DNA from: Piromyces finnis finn
Lineage: Eukaryota > Fungi > Neocallimastigomycota
Length of the DNA stretch: 64,000 nt
NCBI GenBank assembly: GCA_002104945.1
Contig: MCFH01000031.1
Span: forward strand, 546,028-610,027
Direction: 5' to 3'
The position numbers and the translations under genes are program-made. Shown in pieces: positions 33,501 through 44,030 of this stretch; position 1 is the stretch's first letter, and the number at the start of each line of letters is the position of its first letter. The notes under the pieces are model-generated. The model had not been told where the DNA came from. It searched no databases and saw nothing but the letters and a program-made list of their open reading frames with translations.

Positions 33501-33669
33501 CAGGATTTGAAGCATTAGAAAAATAGTTTAAAAACCAATTTAGTTGAACATGATTTGAAGAAAATATTTTATATAAAGTTGAACATGTTAAAAATAACTC
33601 TTCTGGATGGTCTAACCATGTAAATATATATTCAATAATTGGAATTGGTAAATCTAATAATGATTTCAT
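30572..33669 (-). CDS. F-box-like N-terminus plus ankyrin-repeat protein
   Basis: MKSLLDLPIPIIEYIFTWLD (F-box-like). Ankyrin-like motifs ALMAATQSGSEKLVKMIL, INIASREGYLSILKLLI, LEISSENGHLEVVKFLVE, LPLAVNQNKWNVANYLVK. Exons 33669-32553, 32436-32292, 32160-30990, 30850-30572 join in frame. Confidence 0.78.
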
Positions 33670-34327
33670 TTTTTTCTTAAAATAAAAATAATAAATTTAA
33701 ATTTAATATTCAAAATTAATTATTTTTTTTTTTATTTATTTATTTAGAGTATTGTCGAGATTCTCTTTTAAATGGAGTAAAAGAGAAAAAGATAAATAAA
33801 ATACAAACTTTAAATTTTACCAATGAAAAAAAAAAAAAAAAAAAAAAAAACAGATAAAATCTTTTAAGGTAATATTATATTAGTTAATAGATATTAAAAC
33901 TTTTTTTTGAATTTTAAAGTGTTATTTTGTTTCTATTGACAATCATTTAATTTGATAATTTATTTTTTTACAATCCTCAATTTTTATTGTTTTTTTTTTG
34001 TGTGTGTGTGTGTCAAAGTAATTTTTTTTTTCTTTTCTTTGTTGCTTAATTTAATAAATAAATTTTAATATATTTTTAATATTATATTAATTTTATTATT
34101 AATTTTATTATTTATATTTATATAAAAAAAAATGTTTGTGATTGGAAAAAATATATAATTTAAATAATAATAAAAAAGAAAAAAATCAAGCATCTTTAAA
34201 GAGAGAATTAAAAAATACCTACATTTTATAATAAAAATAAAAACAAGAGCAAATATCTCTCTGTCTATTTGTATTAATAAAAAATAATTAAAAATTATTA
34301 GCTTCAATATTAAAAAAAAAAAAAAAA

Positions 34328-35702
34328 ATGAATAAATCAAAAGCATTGTTGCCTACCTATTGTCCACCAGAAAATATCTTATTAACGAATCTTCTTTTGT
34401 TACAATATCCCTCTAAAATTGAAATTGAAATGTTTTCCAATAAAAATGTATTTTTTAACATTATTCACTTTTTATTTTCGATTATAGATCCAGAACAAAC
34501 AAAAAGAGTAACTGTCTTTATTTTTTTTTTAATAGGAATCCTATTTTTTTAATTTTTATTTTATAATAAATTGAAATTTCGAATTTCAATTTGTAAATTT
34601 TTAAAAATACACAAATTGATTTATTTATTTATTTTTTTTTAAAAAAAAAAGAAAAAAAGTTATTATTTTATATATTTATATTATATATATAGTTGCATAT
34701 TAATGTTTCCATATATTCAATTAATTCTTTTATTATTATTATTGTTGTTGTCATTGTCAATGTTATTTATTTTATATACTTTGATAATTGGTAATTGAAT
34801 TATTTGTATATTTTTCATTTTTTTTATTATATTAATTAAATAGAATTTCACTGAATGTTGGCCAGTATTTAATTCAAAAACTACACAGAAATTTAAATCT
34901 GTTTCGCATAAATGGTGTGAAACACTTAAAAAAGACGGGAAGATACCAAACTATGTTATTATAAGGCCAACCCTATTTGATGATTACGGGGAACGTTCAA
35001 AGTAATTTTTTTTATATCATTGTTAACTTAATAAAGTACTAAAATGTAGTAAATTACTTATTTATATTTTTTGTTAAATATAATTAAAAGAATAATTTTG
35101 GTAGAATTATCTTCATATGCTCTACGAATTAATTTAATAAAAAAGTACAGCTGTTACTTAAAAGGTTATTATTATTAATAATAGAAATTTTGTTTTTTCA
35201 TACAAAAAATTATAATTATGGATGTAAAATAATAATAATAATAATAATAATAATTATATATATCACTTTTTTTTTTATCTTTCGAAATATATATATATAT
35301 TTATTTATTATTATTGTTGTTGTTGTCGTTGTTGTTGTTACTATTAATTATTAGAAACTGGTGCACAGTTTTCTGTTCAAAAGACAAGAGAAAAGGGCTA
35401 CTCATATAATTTCATCAAAAAAACAATTCAGGTAATCAAACAATATCATTTTAATAGATCAAATATATATATTTTTCAACAAAAACTAACCGAATAATAT
35501 TGAATATTTTACTAATAATCAAATAAAAATAGATTCAAATAATAAGGCAAAATCAAACTTTCATTAATAATATTAAAAATTATACAGAGAATAAAGATAA
35601 ATGGAATAACTTTGCCAAACAATTATCCGAAATTTCCAAAAAATTAAGTTTAACACACGTAACTATTTATAAATATTTCATTATTATAAAAATGAAACCA
35701 GT

Positions 35703-35749
<47 letters not shown>

Positions 35750-37553
35750 CATTACAAGAATAACTATTTATTATTAAATATTATTTAAATAAAAAATAAA
35801 ATAGAAAAATAAATTACAAAAATACTATTCATTAGGAGAAAATGGAACAGATCCTATATCACCTACTACACCTGAAATAGAGTCAATTCTTGAACCATTA
35901 AAAAGTAGAGAAAACAGAATTAACGAAATTTCAAAAAAATGGAATAATATAATACAATGGATCGAAAATAATAAGTCAAAAATTGGTAATAATATGATAT
36001 ATAATATATATATATATATATAAAATAAAAAAAAAAAGGAAATATAATTTTCTTTTAATCTAATGAATTTCTATTTACATAAATATCTATAAATATCTGA
36101 AAAATAAAATAAAATAAAAAAAGATTCCGCAGAAAATATTATTAATGGAAGTTCAAATAATGTAATGATTAATTCTTCTGATGTTGTGATCAATATTCCT
36201 GAAGAGTTTGATTTAGATAATCAATTTAATGTAAATTTTATAAATGTACATAAAGAAAAAGAAATAAGAGATCAAAAATTTTAATATTTTTTTTATTATA
36301 AAAAGAAAAAAGAAATAGTTTTAGAAAATGGTAAACTTAACTTTGAAGAATATATTAAAAGTTGGAAATTATCATTATCATGCCTATCTCAAGTCTATGG
36401 ATTAATTAATGATGAACAAAAAGAAAACAAAGTATTAATCAAATCATTAACTAACAGTAAGTATTAATATTATTTTTCATTTTTATTATATAATAAAGGT
36501 ATAATAATTTCAAAAAAAAAAAAAAAAAAAAAAAAAATGAAATTAAATTAATGGTATTTTTTTTTATAATTACTATAGATGCCAATACCTTAAATAATAT
36601 TCCAGATGTAAATCAAACATGTTCATCCATCGAAAGTTATATTAAATTTCATGAAGGATACTTAGGAAACATAAAATTATTAAAACAAAAACTACGAAAT
36701 AAAATTAGTAATATTGAGGATTCCATAGAGACAACTAAATCTCAAATCAAAGTATTATTAGATGAAAATAATAATGAAAGTATCAAAAATCTTAATGATT
36801 TAATTATGGAACCAATATCACCCATGTTTAAAAATGGAGATAAAAATGTAAATTCGATACAGCACTTATTTATTTATTTACTTATTTTTATATTTATTAA
36901 AATCAAATTTGTATAATAATTAATTATATTTATAGACGAATGATGATGATATTTATAATATAAGAATGAATTTGTCAGCATCAAAGAAATCATTTAAAGG
37001 TAAATTTAATCTTTTATCAATAAATACTATTAAATATACTATTATATTAGGGAATTCAAATTATTTATCCCTTTTTATTTATTAAGATCATCCTAATATA
37101 AAAAGAGAACAAAGTTCATCTCCGTTAACACCCATAAGAAACTTTAAGAAAACAAAAATACAAAACTCACCAAAAAATAATGCATTAAAAAATGCAAAAA
37201 AAAATGTATCCTCTTCCACCACAACCAATAAAAAAATAAATTCGCCTACTACCAAAAGCAAGAGTTCATTGGTTCAATCTCCAGATGACTATAAAACACC
37301 CGAGAAAAAAACTAATCAAAGTTCATTATCAACACCTCTCAATATATTAGGTAAAGTTAAAAGTGAAAACCAAACAGATTCACCACTTTTACCATTCACT
37401 ATAACGCCCTCATCATTTAAATTATTTGATGATACAAATATTTTTGGTAACTATTCCTTCCTTTATAAGATAAAAAAAAAAAAAAAAATTTAATAAATAA
37501 ATTTCTTAATTAACATTTATATTTTAATAGATGTACAACCAGATTTTAAATAA
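34328..37553 (+). CDS. HAUS6: Augmin/HAUS complex subunit 6-like
   Basis: Spliced N-terminus ILLTNLLLL..FFNIIHFLFSIIDPEQTKR|NFTECWPVFNSKTTQKFKSVSHKWCETLK..RPTLFDD..LVELSSYAL matches the HAUS6 N-terminal domain pattern (F..CWP.....EFR...W...L). Last exon 37531-37553. Middle exon boundaries are approximate. Confidence 0.75.
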
Positions 37554-37633
37554 AAGGAAGAACAAAAAAATCCTATAACTTAAAATGTAAAAGTATTATA
37601 AAATAAAAATATAAAATGTATTTCCTATTTCCA

Positions 37634-37664
<31 letters not shown>

Positions 37665-37905
37665 AACGGCATCAAATATTTTAAACTTTATTATTAATTT
37701 AATTAAAATTATAATACATGTAATAAAAAAATTAAAATTAAAATAAAAATAAAAAAAAAATATGTTTAAATAAACACAAATGAATAAAAATTGGGTATAA
37801 TGTATTCTAGTAATTTTAATTAAAGTAAGAAAGCCACTATCATACTAAAGTATAATAATTGTATTTGACTTCCAATGGGACACCGAGCCAAAGATCAAAA
37901 TTTTG

Positions 37906-40413
37906 TCATGGAACAAAATTATGATCTCCATTGGTTGCGCTGGCCCTCCTGGCCTGTCTTACTGTTTCTTCAGCATTGACGCTCTTGGATGTTGCTTCAA
38001 ACCTTTTGAACATTGACCATTGCTGGCCAATAGCAAAAGGCATGATTTTGGTTAGAAGTTCCGCGGTTACCGTCAAGAATGGTGTTCCTTCGTTAGTACC
38101 AGATTGAATCTGACGCTTACAAAGTTCTTTCCATTCCCTTGAATTGTAATTAATATTGTTAAAACTTCTTCCCCCAAGAAGGAATTTAAATATTTTACTG
38201 CACACACTAGAATAATCATACACATTAATATTCACCGGATTATTAGAACTATTACTATCATTAACTAAATTACTATCTAAATTAGAATTATTATCTTCAC
38301 TATTGCTATCATTACTAATATCATTACTAATATTATTATTTCTATTACTACTATTGTTATTATTACTATTGTTACTATTACTATTGTTATTATTACTATT
38401 GTTACTATTACTATTACTGTTATTGCTATCTCTACTGATATTAACATTTTCATTATTATTGATAGGACTATTGGAATTACGTTGACTGAAAAAATTTAGT
38501 AGCTAGACTATGGAATCATAATGTTTAATACGGATATCTCTAAATGTTGGACAATCTAATAACCAATGTTTAATACTTTGATCTCCACACTTGCAACATG
38601 GACAGTAGTTAGGACAAACTGGATCAACAAATTTAGCAGCTTTGGCAACTCTAGCATCCAACTTGTATCCGCTTCTTGCTTTCAATAGCCAGTAGAAGCC
38701 ATAGGCAAACTCTGGGTACTCATAACATAATTTAATAAAATCTTTAGTTTCAATAAATTTATTATCATCATAATATTGCACTTTGATTGAATTCCCTTTG
38801 AGATCTTTCCAATAAAAGTTTTTAACTGCTTTAACATCTCCATGTTTCTTTAGTTTTTTATCAAGTGTCCTACTTGATTTGCACCACGTGTATTTTCTAA
38901 ATTTAGGAATGTAATTGACAAGGTGTGAGATAATACAATTTGAGTTTTTCCATTTGTTAAAACATCTAACCTGAGCTAAAGCACATTTGGCTGACAATGG
39001 AGGAATATTCAAATCTTTTGAGATAGAGTATAAAGATATAAACGATACAGCTTTATGAACTCCGGCAACCCATCGTACTCCTTTGTTAACATGCTTCTGA
39101 GCAATCCTAGACCTAGCTTTGTTGGATCCAAGTAATGGTGCAAAGTATGAAACTCTGCTAATCACTTGTGAGTTAAGTACTAGCTTTTTGAAGGGAATAG
39201 GAATATTAGGATTTCTTAAGAATTTACTGACTGAGAAAAGTCCTTTCAAAACCTTGTTATTAAGAGCTTTAATAACTGGTTTAAGGGACAGATTCTTATC
39301 AAATGGAACACCAAGATAAGTATAACAATCAGTAGTTGGAATGGGTTGTCCTGCTAAGTAAAATGTTGGATCTCTCTTGTTCTGATTTTCTATTGATTCA
39401 GGACGAATCACCATCGTTGAACATTTCTGGATACCAAATTCCATTTCATTATACAAGGCCCATTCATTAACTCTTCTAAGCATCTTTTTTAAGCATCCTC
39501 TTGTTGGAGCACAAATAACTATATCATCTGCAATAAGTCCACCACAGCATCGAGTGTCACCTAAACTGACTCCTTGATCTTCGCACTCTCTAAATATATC
39601 GTTAATAAAGAGATTAAAGAGAATAGGAGAAAGAGGGCAACCTTGACGGACTCCTTTCTTCACATCAAAAGATTTCGAGAATTGTCCATCTAATTTGACA
39701 TTAGCCTTAGATGTTAAATATAAATTTTTGATGAATTGTAAACTCTTACCTCGGATTCCTAAACAATCTAATTTATGGAGAATATTACCGATTGGGACTG
39801 AATCGTATGCTTTCCTGAGATCTAAAAAGGCCAAATATGTCTCTTTATTATCTAATTGACGTCTACGGCATATTTCTTGGATTGAAATGAAAAGACTGAT
39901 ACTTTCTTCCTTTTTTCGAAAACCAAATTGTTCAGGTCTAATGAAATTATTCTTTAGACCATATTCTGAGATTCTAGTGGTGACAATTTTGGAAATCAAC
40001 TTAATACCATTATTGATAAGTGATATACCTCGATAGTTATCACAATCTGTCAAATCTCCCTTCTTAGGAATAGAAACAATACTGGATTCATTCCATGAGT
40101 TGGGGAAGTCTCCATCCCAAATACGGTTAAATAATTTAAGAATAAAATTTAAACCATGAGCGTCATTATCTGAAGTGGTATTACCAGAAGAATTATTATC
40201 TGTAGCATTATTAGAATCATTACTTGATGGAATTAATGCTTTGTAAAATTCAATTGGAATACCATCCGGACCTGATGCTTTATAATTTGGAGTAGAGAGG
40301 ATAGCTGACTTGACTTCATCAATACTAATATCTTGGTTGATATCCCACTCATCAAGCATAGGAAGTGAAAAAACGTTTATTCGTTGGTTCTTCATACCAA
40401 TGCTCCAAATCAA
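37906..40413 (-). pseudogene. LINE ORF, 3' part: reverse transcriptase, CPCC..H..C knuckle and C-terminal domain beyond an in-frame TAG
   Basis: KASGPDGIP, NYRGISL, QFGFR, AFLDLRKAYDSV, GVRQGCPLSPILFNLFIND, IADD, YTYLGV, CPCC..HWLLDC. TAG at 38503-38505 is followed by 199 in-frame codons ending in TGA at 37906. Confidence 0.9.
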
Positions 40414-42433
40414 GACTTACACCACTTGGATCTGATGCAAGGTTTTCGAAATGATCATGCCACACATCTAGTTGTTCTTCCGTATCAACAACTAATTCTC
40501 CGTTTTTGTTTTTAATTGGTTGAGCAATAAAGAAAGAATCTTTTCCAATTTTTGCAGTTTCCTTGATCCATTTCCAGGCCTTCTTAGGATTATGACTCTT
40601 CATATACTCACATCCTGTTTTAATCCAATGAAGATATTCTTGTTTCCTAAATTCATTACATCTTTTGTGGATGTAATCAATGAGCTTACGGTAGATTTTA
40701 ATTCTTTTAATAAATTCATCTATATCATAAATTCTTTCTTTTTTAAATCTCTTATACAACTTCATTTTGATTTTTTGAAGATTAAAAATTTGTTGTGAAA
40801 TATGAAATGAAGACTTTATAACATTATTTGCTGAGGTAATACTGAGCTCGTCTGCAATTGAAAAAGCAGTTGAAGTAAACTCTTTGGAAAGTTCATCTGT
40901 AGAAACATTAGGATCGTTGAATTTTGCTGAAAGAATTTGGAATTTATTATGACTAAGAATAGATTCCTTTTCCTCAATACATTTTAATCTATTCCATTTC
41001 AGAGTTTTCTTAGGAACATTAAAGTCATTAGAAAAATCTTCCATAGGAATAATTTTACCATTAATAAGAAGTGGCTTATGGTCTGATACAGGATAAAAAT
41101 TATTTATAAATGATCCTGAGTGAATAAGATCTTTCATCTTCGAATTGATAAGAGCATGGTCAATGTCGGAAGATTGATCACCTCGAGTCCAAGAGATAGT
41201 AGACCCTCTAAGCGGAAGAATTTCCCAATCTCCTAATCCATTAGTTGATAACCAGTTGGATAATTTTACTTTAGACATATTAAAATCACCAACAAGAATC
41301 GATGGATGGGATGAATGAGTTTGTAACCACAAGCGAACTTCTAACTTTACATGATCAACATAGATGTTGTGATGACTATGAGGCATATAAACATTTCCAA
41401 TCGAGCATTTGAATCTATTCCAGAGACTAAAAGTATAAATAGAAATAATATACTTTCCAGAGAAGTTTTCAAGTGAGGCTTGACACGAATTGTGAAAACC
41501 TAAATATAAACCTCTCATTCCTGGAACTGATTCGTCAGCATTCATGAAAAAGTGTCTATAGTTTCGCAAAGTAACACGACAAGGATAATCTGTATTCGAT
41601 CCAGAACCATTACCAGTTTCTTGGAAACATAAAAATAATGGTTTGAAAATAGCTGTGAAATAGCTAATACTATCTCTCTTTTCGTGATTCCACCCATTGG
41701 TGTTCCAACTAAGACAAAAAGAAAAGTTATCAGGCTTGTTGGATGAGGAAGAATCGTTGCTATTATTATTATTATTAAAGTCATCGTTATTAATGGATGA
41801 TGCATCAGAGGAATAAGTAGAACTATTACTAGATGGCTGTGAAACTGAAGAACTATTAATTATTGAACTGTTATCAGAGTTGATAGAACTATTAGAATTA
41901 ATTGTTGAATGTTGAGATTGAAATTGTGTTTGCTGTAGATCTGGAATATTTTCATGATGGAAAACTTGTTGAAGATCTTGTTGAAGATCTTGTTGAAGAT
42001 CGGATTGTTGATGAGATTGTTGAACTGATTGTTGAAATGATTGTTGAATAGAATGTTGATGTTTATTAGAAACTAAAATTTTACGTTTGAGTGTGGAAAA
42101 AGTGTATTTGTGATTCCTTCTACTACGAGCTGAAAAGGAAATTGAGGTAACTGAAAGTTTCTTCTTTAACATGTGTAAGATTTTAATACAATCTTTTGAT
42201 GAACCATGAACCTTGACTAAGAAAAAGTGATCATTGAAAGTCTGAAAATATTTAACACTAATAACTGAATTAAATTTATCTTCTAGAATAACCTCGAGTT
42301 TTTCCCATAGCATATTTACTGACCATGACCGAATACCACGGATAAAGAAGGAGCGAATATCATCTAAGGGGATACCATAAGACCAGGTACCACGTCTGAT
42401 ATAATTCTTATCTTTAATATAAAGGACTGACAT
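40352..42433 (-). pseudogene. LINE ORF, 5' part: N-terminal domain, Gln/Ser linker, apurinic endonuclease
   Basis: SWNTNG, LCFQETG, IGNVYMP, LVGDFN, SDIDH, SDHKPL are APE-family motifs. The frame is lost at a T6 run (40368-40373). Confidence 0.88.
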
Positions 42434-43032
42434 GATAATTAATTCTAATTAAAAAATATTGAATATAAAATAAATACTAATAAAAATTATAAATATAACG
42501 TATATGGAAAAAAATCTGTCTCTCTCTCTCTTCTTAAAAGTACTGGATAGTACAAAAATTGTTACGATGCTTTGTTTAAAGTTTTTTTTTTTTTTTAATT
42601 CTAGTTGTTAATTTTTTTTAAAAATTCTAGTTTTGGTTTGTTGTTAGTAAATTCGATTCGCTTTTGACACTAAAATTGTTTGACTTTACTTTTCATTAAA
42701 TATTTAAATTGGTAAAAAATTTGAATCAAGAATGTCGACACCAGAAAGCTTGTGAATAGTATTTTTACATGATGTAGAGTGAATCAGTCTCTTACAAGAA
42801 CAATACAACAATAGCTACATGAATATAAAAATACAATGCAAATGCTAAAGTTGATTACACTGGATTCTTACAAGAGAAGAGTAGTACTACATGAATACAT
42901 GAATAAAAGAAAAAATACAGCAACAAAATGTATTACTCTTCTAATTAAATACTATACAAACTTACCTGAATATCAAACATTCAACTTATTCATCAAATAC
43001 TTAAATTCGATGAATAAAATGTTTTTTAATCG

Positions 43033-43239
43033 CTCAGTACCATGAGCTTAGTCCTAATAATTTTCCCTTAAAGACTAACCAAGCATCCATTGCGCAATAC
43101 TTGGATTTAATTCTTTCTACTCTCTCAGTACCATGAGCATAAGTAGACCCCCTTGATAAACTCCATTATTGAATAAATGAAGGCACGTTCCTAAGAGGGC
43201 ACCAAGCATCCATTGCGCAATACTTGGATTTAATTCTTT
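43033..43239. repeat. Duplicated bipartite module: 15-bp motif B, variable spacer, 39-bp motif A (two units)
   Basis: CTCAGTACCATGAGC at 43033-43047 and 43124-43138; ACCAAGCATCCATTGCGCAATACTTGGATTTAATTCTTT at 43078-43116 and 43201-43239 (identical copies); spacers of 30 and 62 bp. Confidence 0.93.
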
Positions 43240-44030
43240 TATATTTTAACACTTGAAATTTGAATAGATATATATATTGTAAAGTCTTTCTTATTTTTAA
43301 TTTTTTATTAAGTAATTTATATATATTTTTTATATATAATTAATATATATAATAAATAGAGAAAGGAAATAATGAAAAAATGAATAAATAATGTTTATAT
43401 TAAAATAAATACCAAAAAAAAATAATAAAAAGTAACCTTTTTTTTTTATTTTTATTTTTTTTTTTTTTTTATTATTTTTTTTATTTTTTTCGGTGTTAAA
43501 TTTTTTTATGGTATAAAAAGAAAAAATTATATAATTAAATTAAATTAAAACTCTAATTAATAATTTTAAAATCTAAATTAATAATAAAAATTATTAAATA
43601 AAAAAAAAAAGTATTGGCATACGGAAAAATTTATTGTTAGATATTTTTTTTTCCCAAGTTTTTTTTTTTTTTTTTTTTTTTTCTTTTTTTTTGAATTATT
43701 ATAAATTGTTAAAAATAAAACAATAGCAATAACAATAGCAAATTAATAATAATAACTAGTAATAATTTATTTTATGATAAATGAATTATTTGTATATGAA
43801 AAAATTATTGAATAAAAAAAAAATTTTTTTTTAATACTACTACTTTATGAATTTTTTTTTTTTTCTGAACATGTAAATTTTTTTTTTTAATGTAAATGAT
43901 AATGAAGATTTTTTTATTGATTGAATTTTAATGATATCTAATCGAATTAAATCTGATTTATTTTTCACTATTTTATGTCCTTTTTTTTTTTTTTTTTTTG
44001 TTATCTTTATTTTTTTTTTATTAAAATTGG

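Larger units (their letters stand above)
37640..42450 (-). mobile_element. Non-LTR retrotransposon (LINE), single long ORF: N-terminal domain, APE endonuclease, RT, Cys/His knuckle; near full length, two ORF lesions
   Basis: APE and RT motifs in the ORFs below; possible poly(A) tail at 37640-37664 (T25 on + strand). The 5' boundary is unresolved (could extend to ~43255) and no convincing TSD was found. Confidence 0.9.

Noticed and set aside
34065-34346. Phe/Ile/Lys-rich short ORFs (also 28847, 45673, 48577, 58511, 62190, 62321)
   Set aside because: Translations of A/T homopolymer-rich non-coding DNA with no coding-like composition.
38303-38485. Poly-Leu ORF on the + strand
   Set aside because: Antisense shadow of the LINE Asn/Ser tract.
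42836-43045. 69-aa plus-strand ORF in the structured block
   Set aside because: Short, no recognisable motif, and overlaps the repeat motifs; likely chance.
43033-43239. CRISPR-like repeat-spacer array
   Set aside because: Only two units, bipartite repeats, unequal self-pairing spacers, eukaryotic context and no cas genes.
42751-43251. Solo LTR (TGTGAATA...TTTTAACA)
   Set aside because: TG...CA ends exist but there is no matching 4-6 bp TSD, PBS or PPT.
43030-43260. Hammerhead, HDV-like, twister or pistol ribozyme assignment
   Set aside because: CUGA is followed by GAGA/GCGA rather than N-GA with stem II and GAAA; no HDV nested pseudoknot or L3 CCUCG; no twister core; the pistol-like look of one unit is absent in the other. 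Left unassigned.
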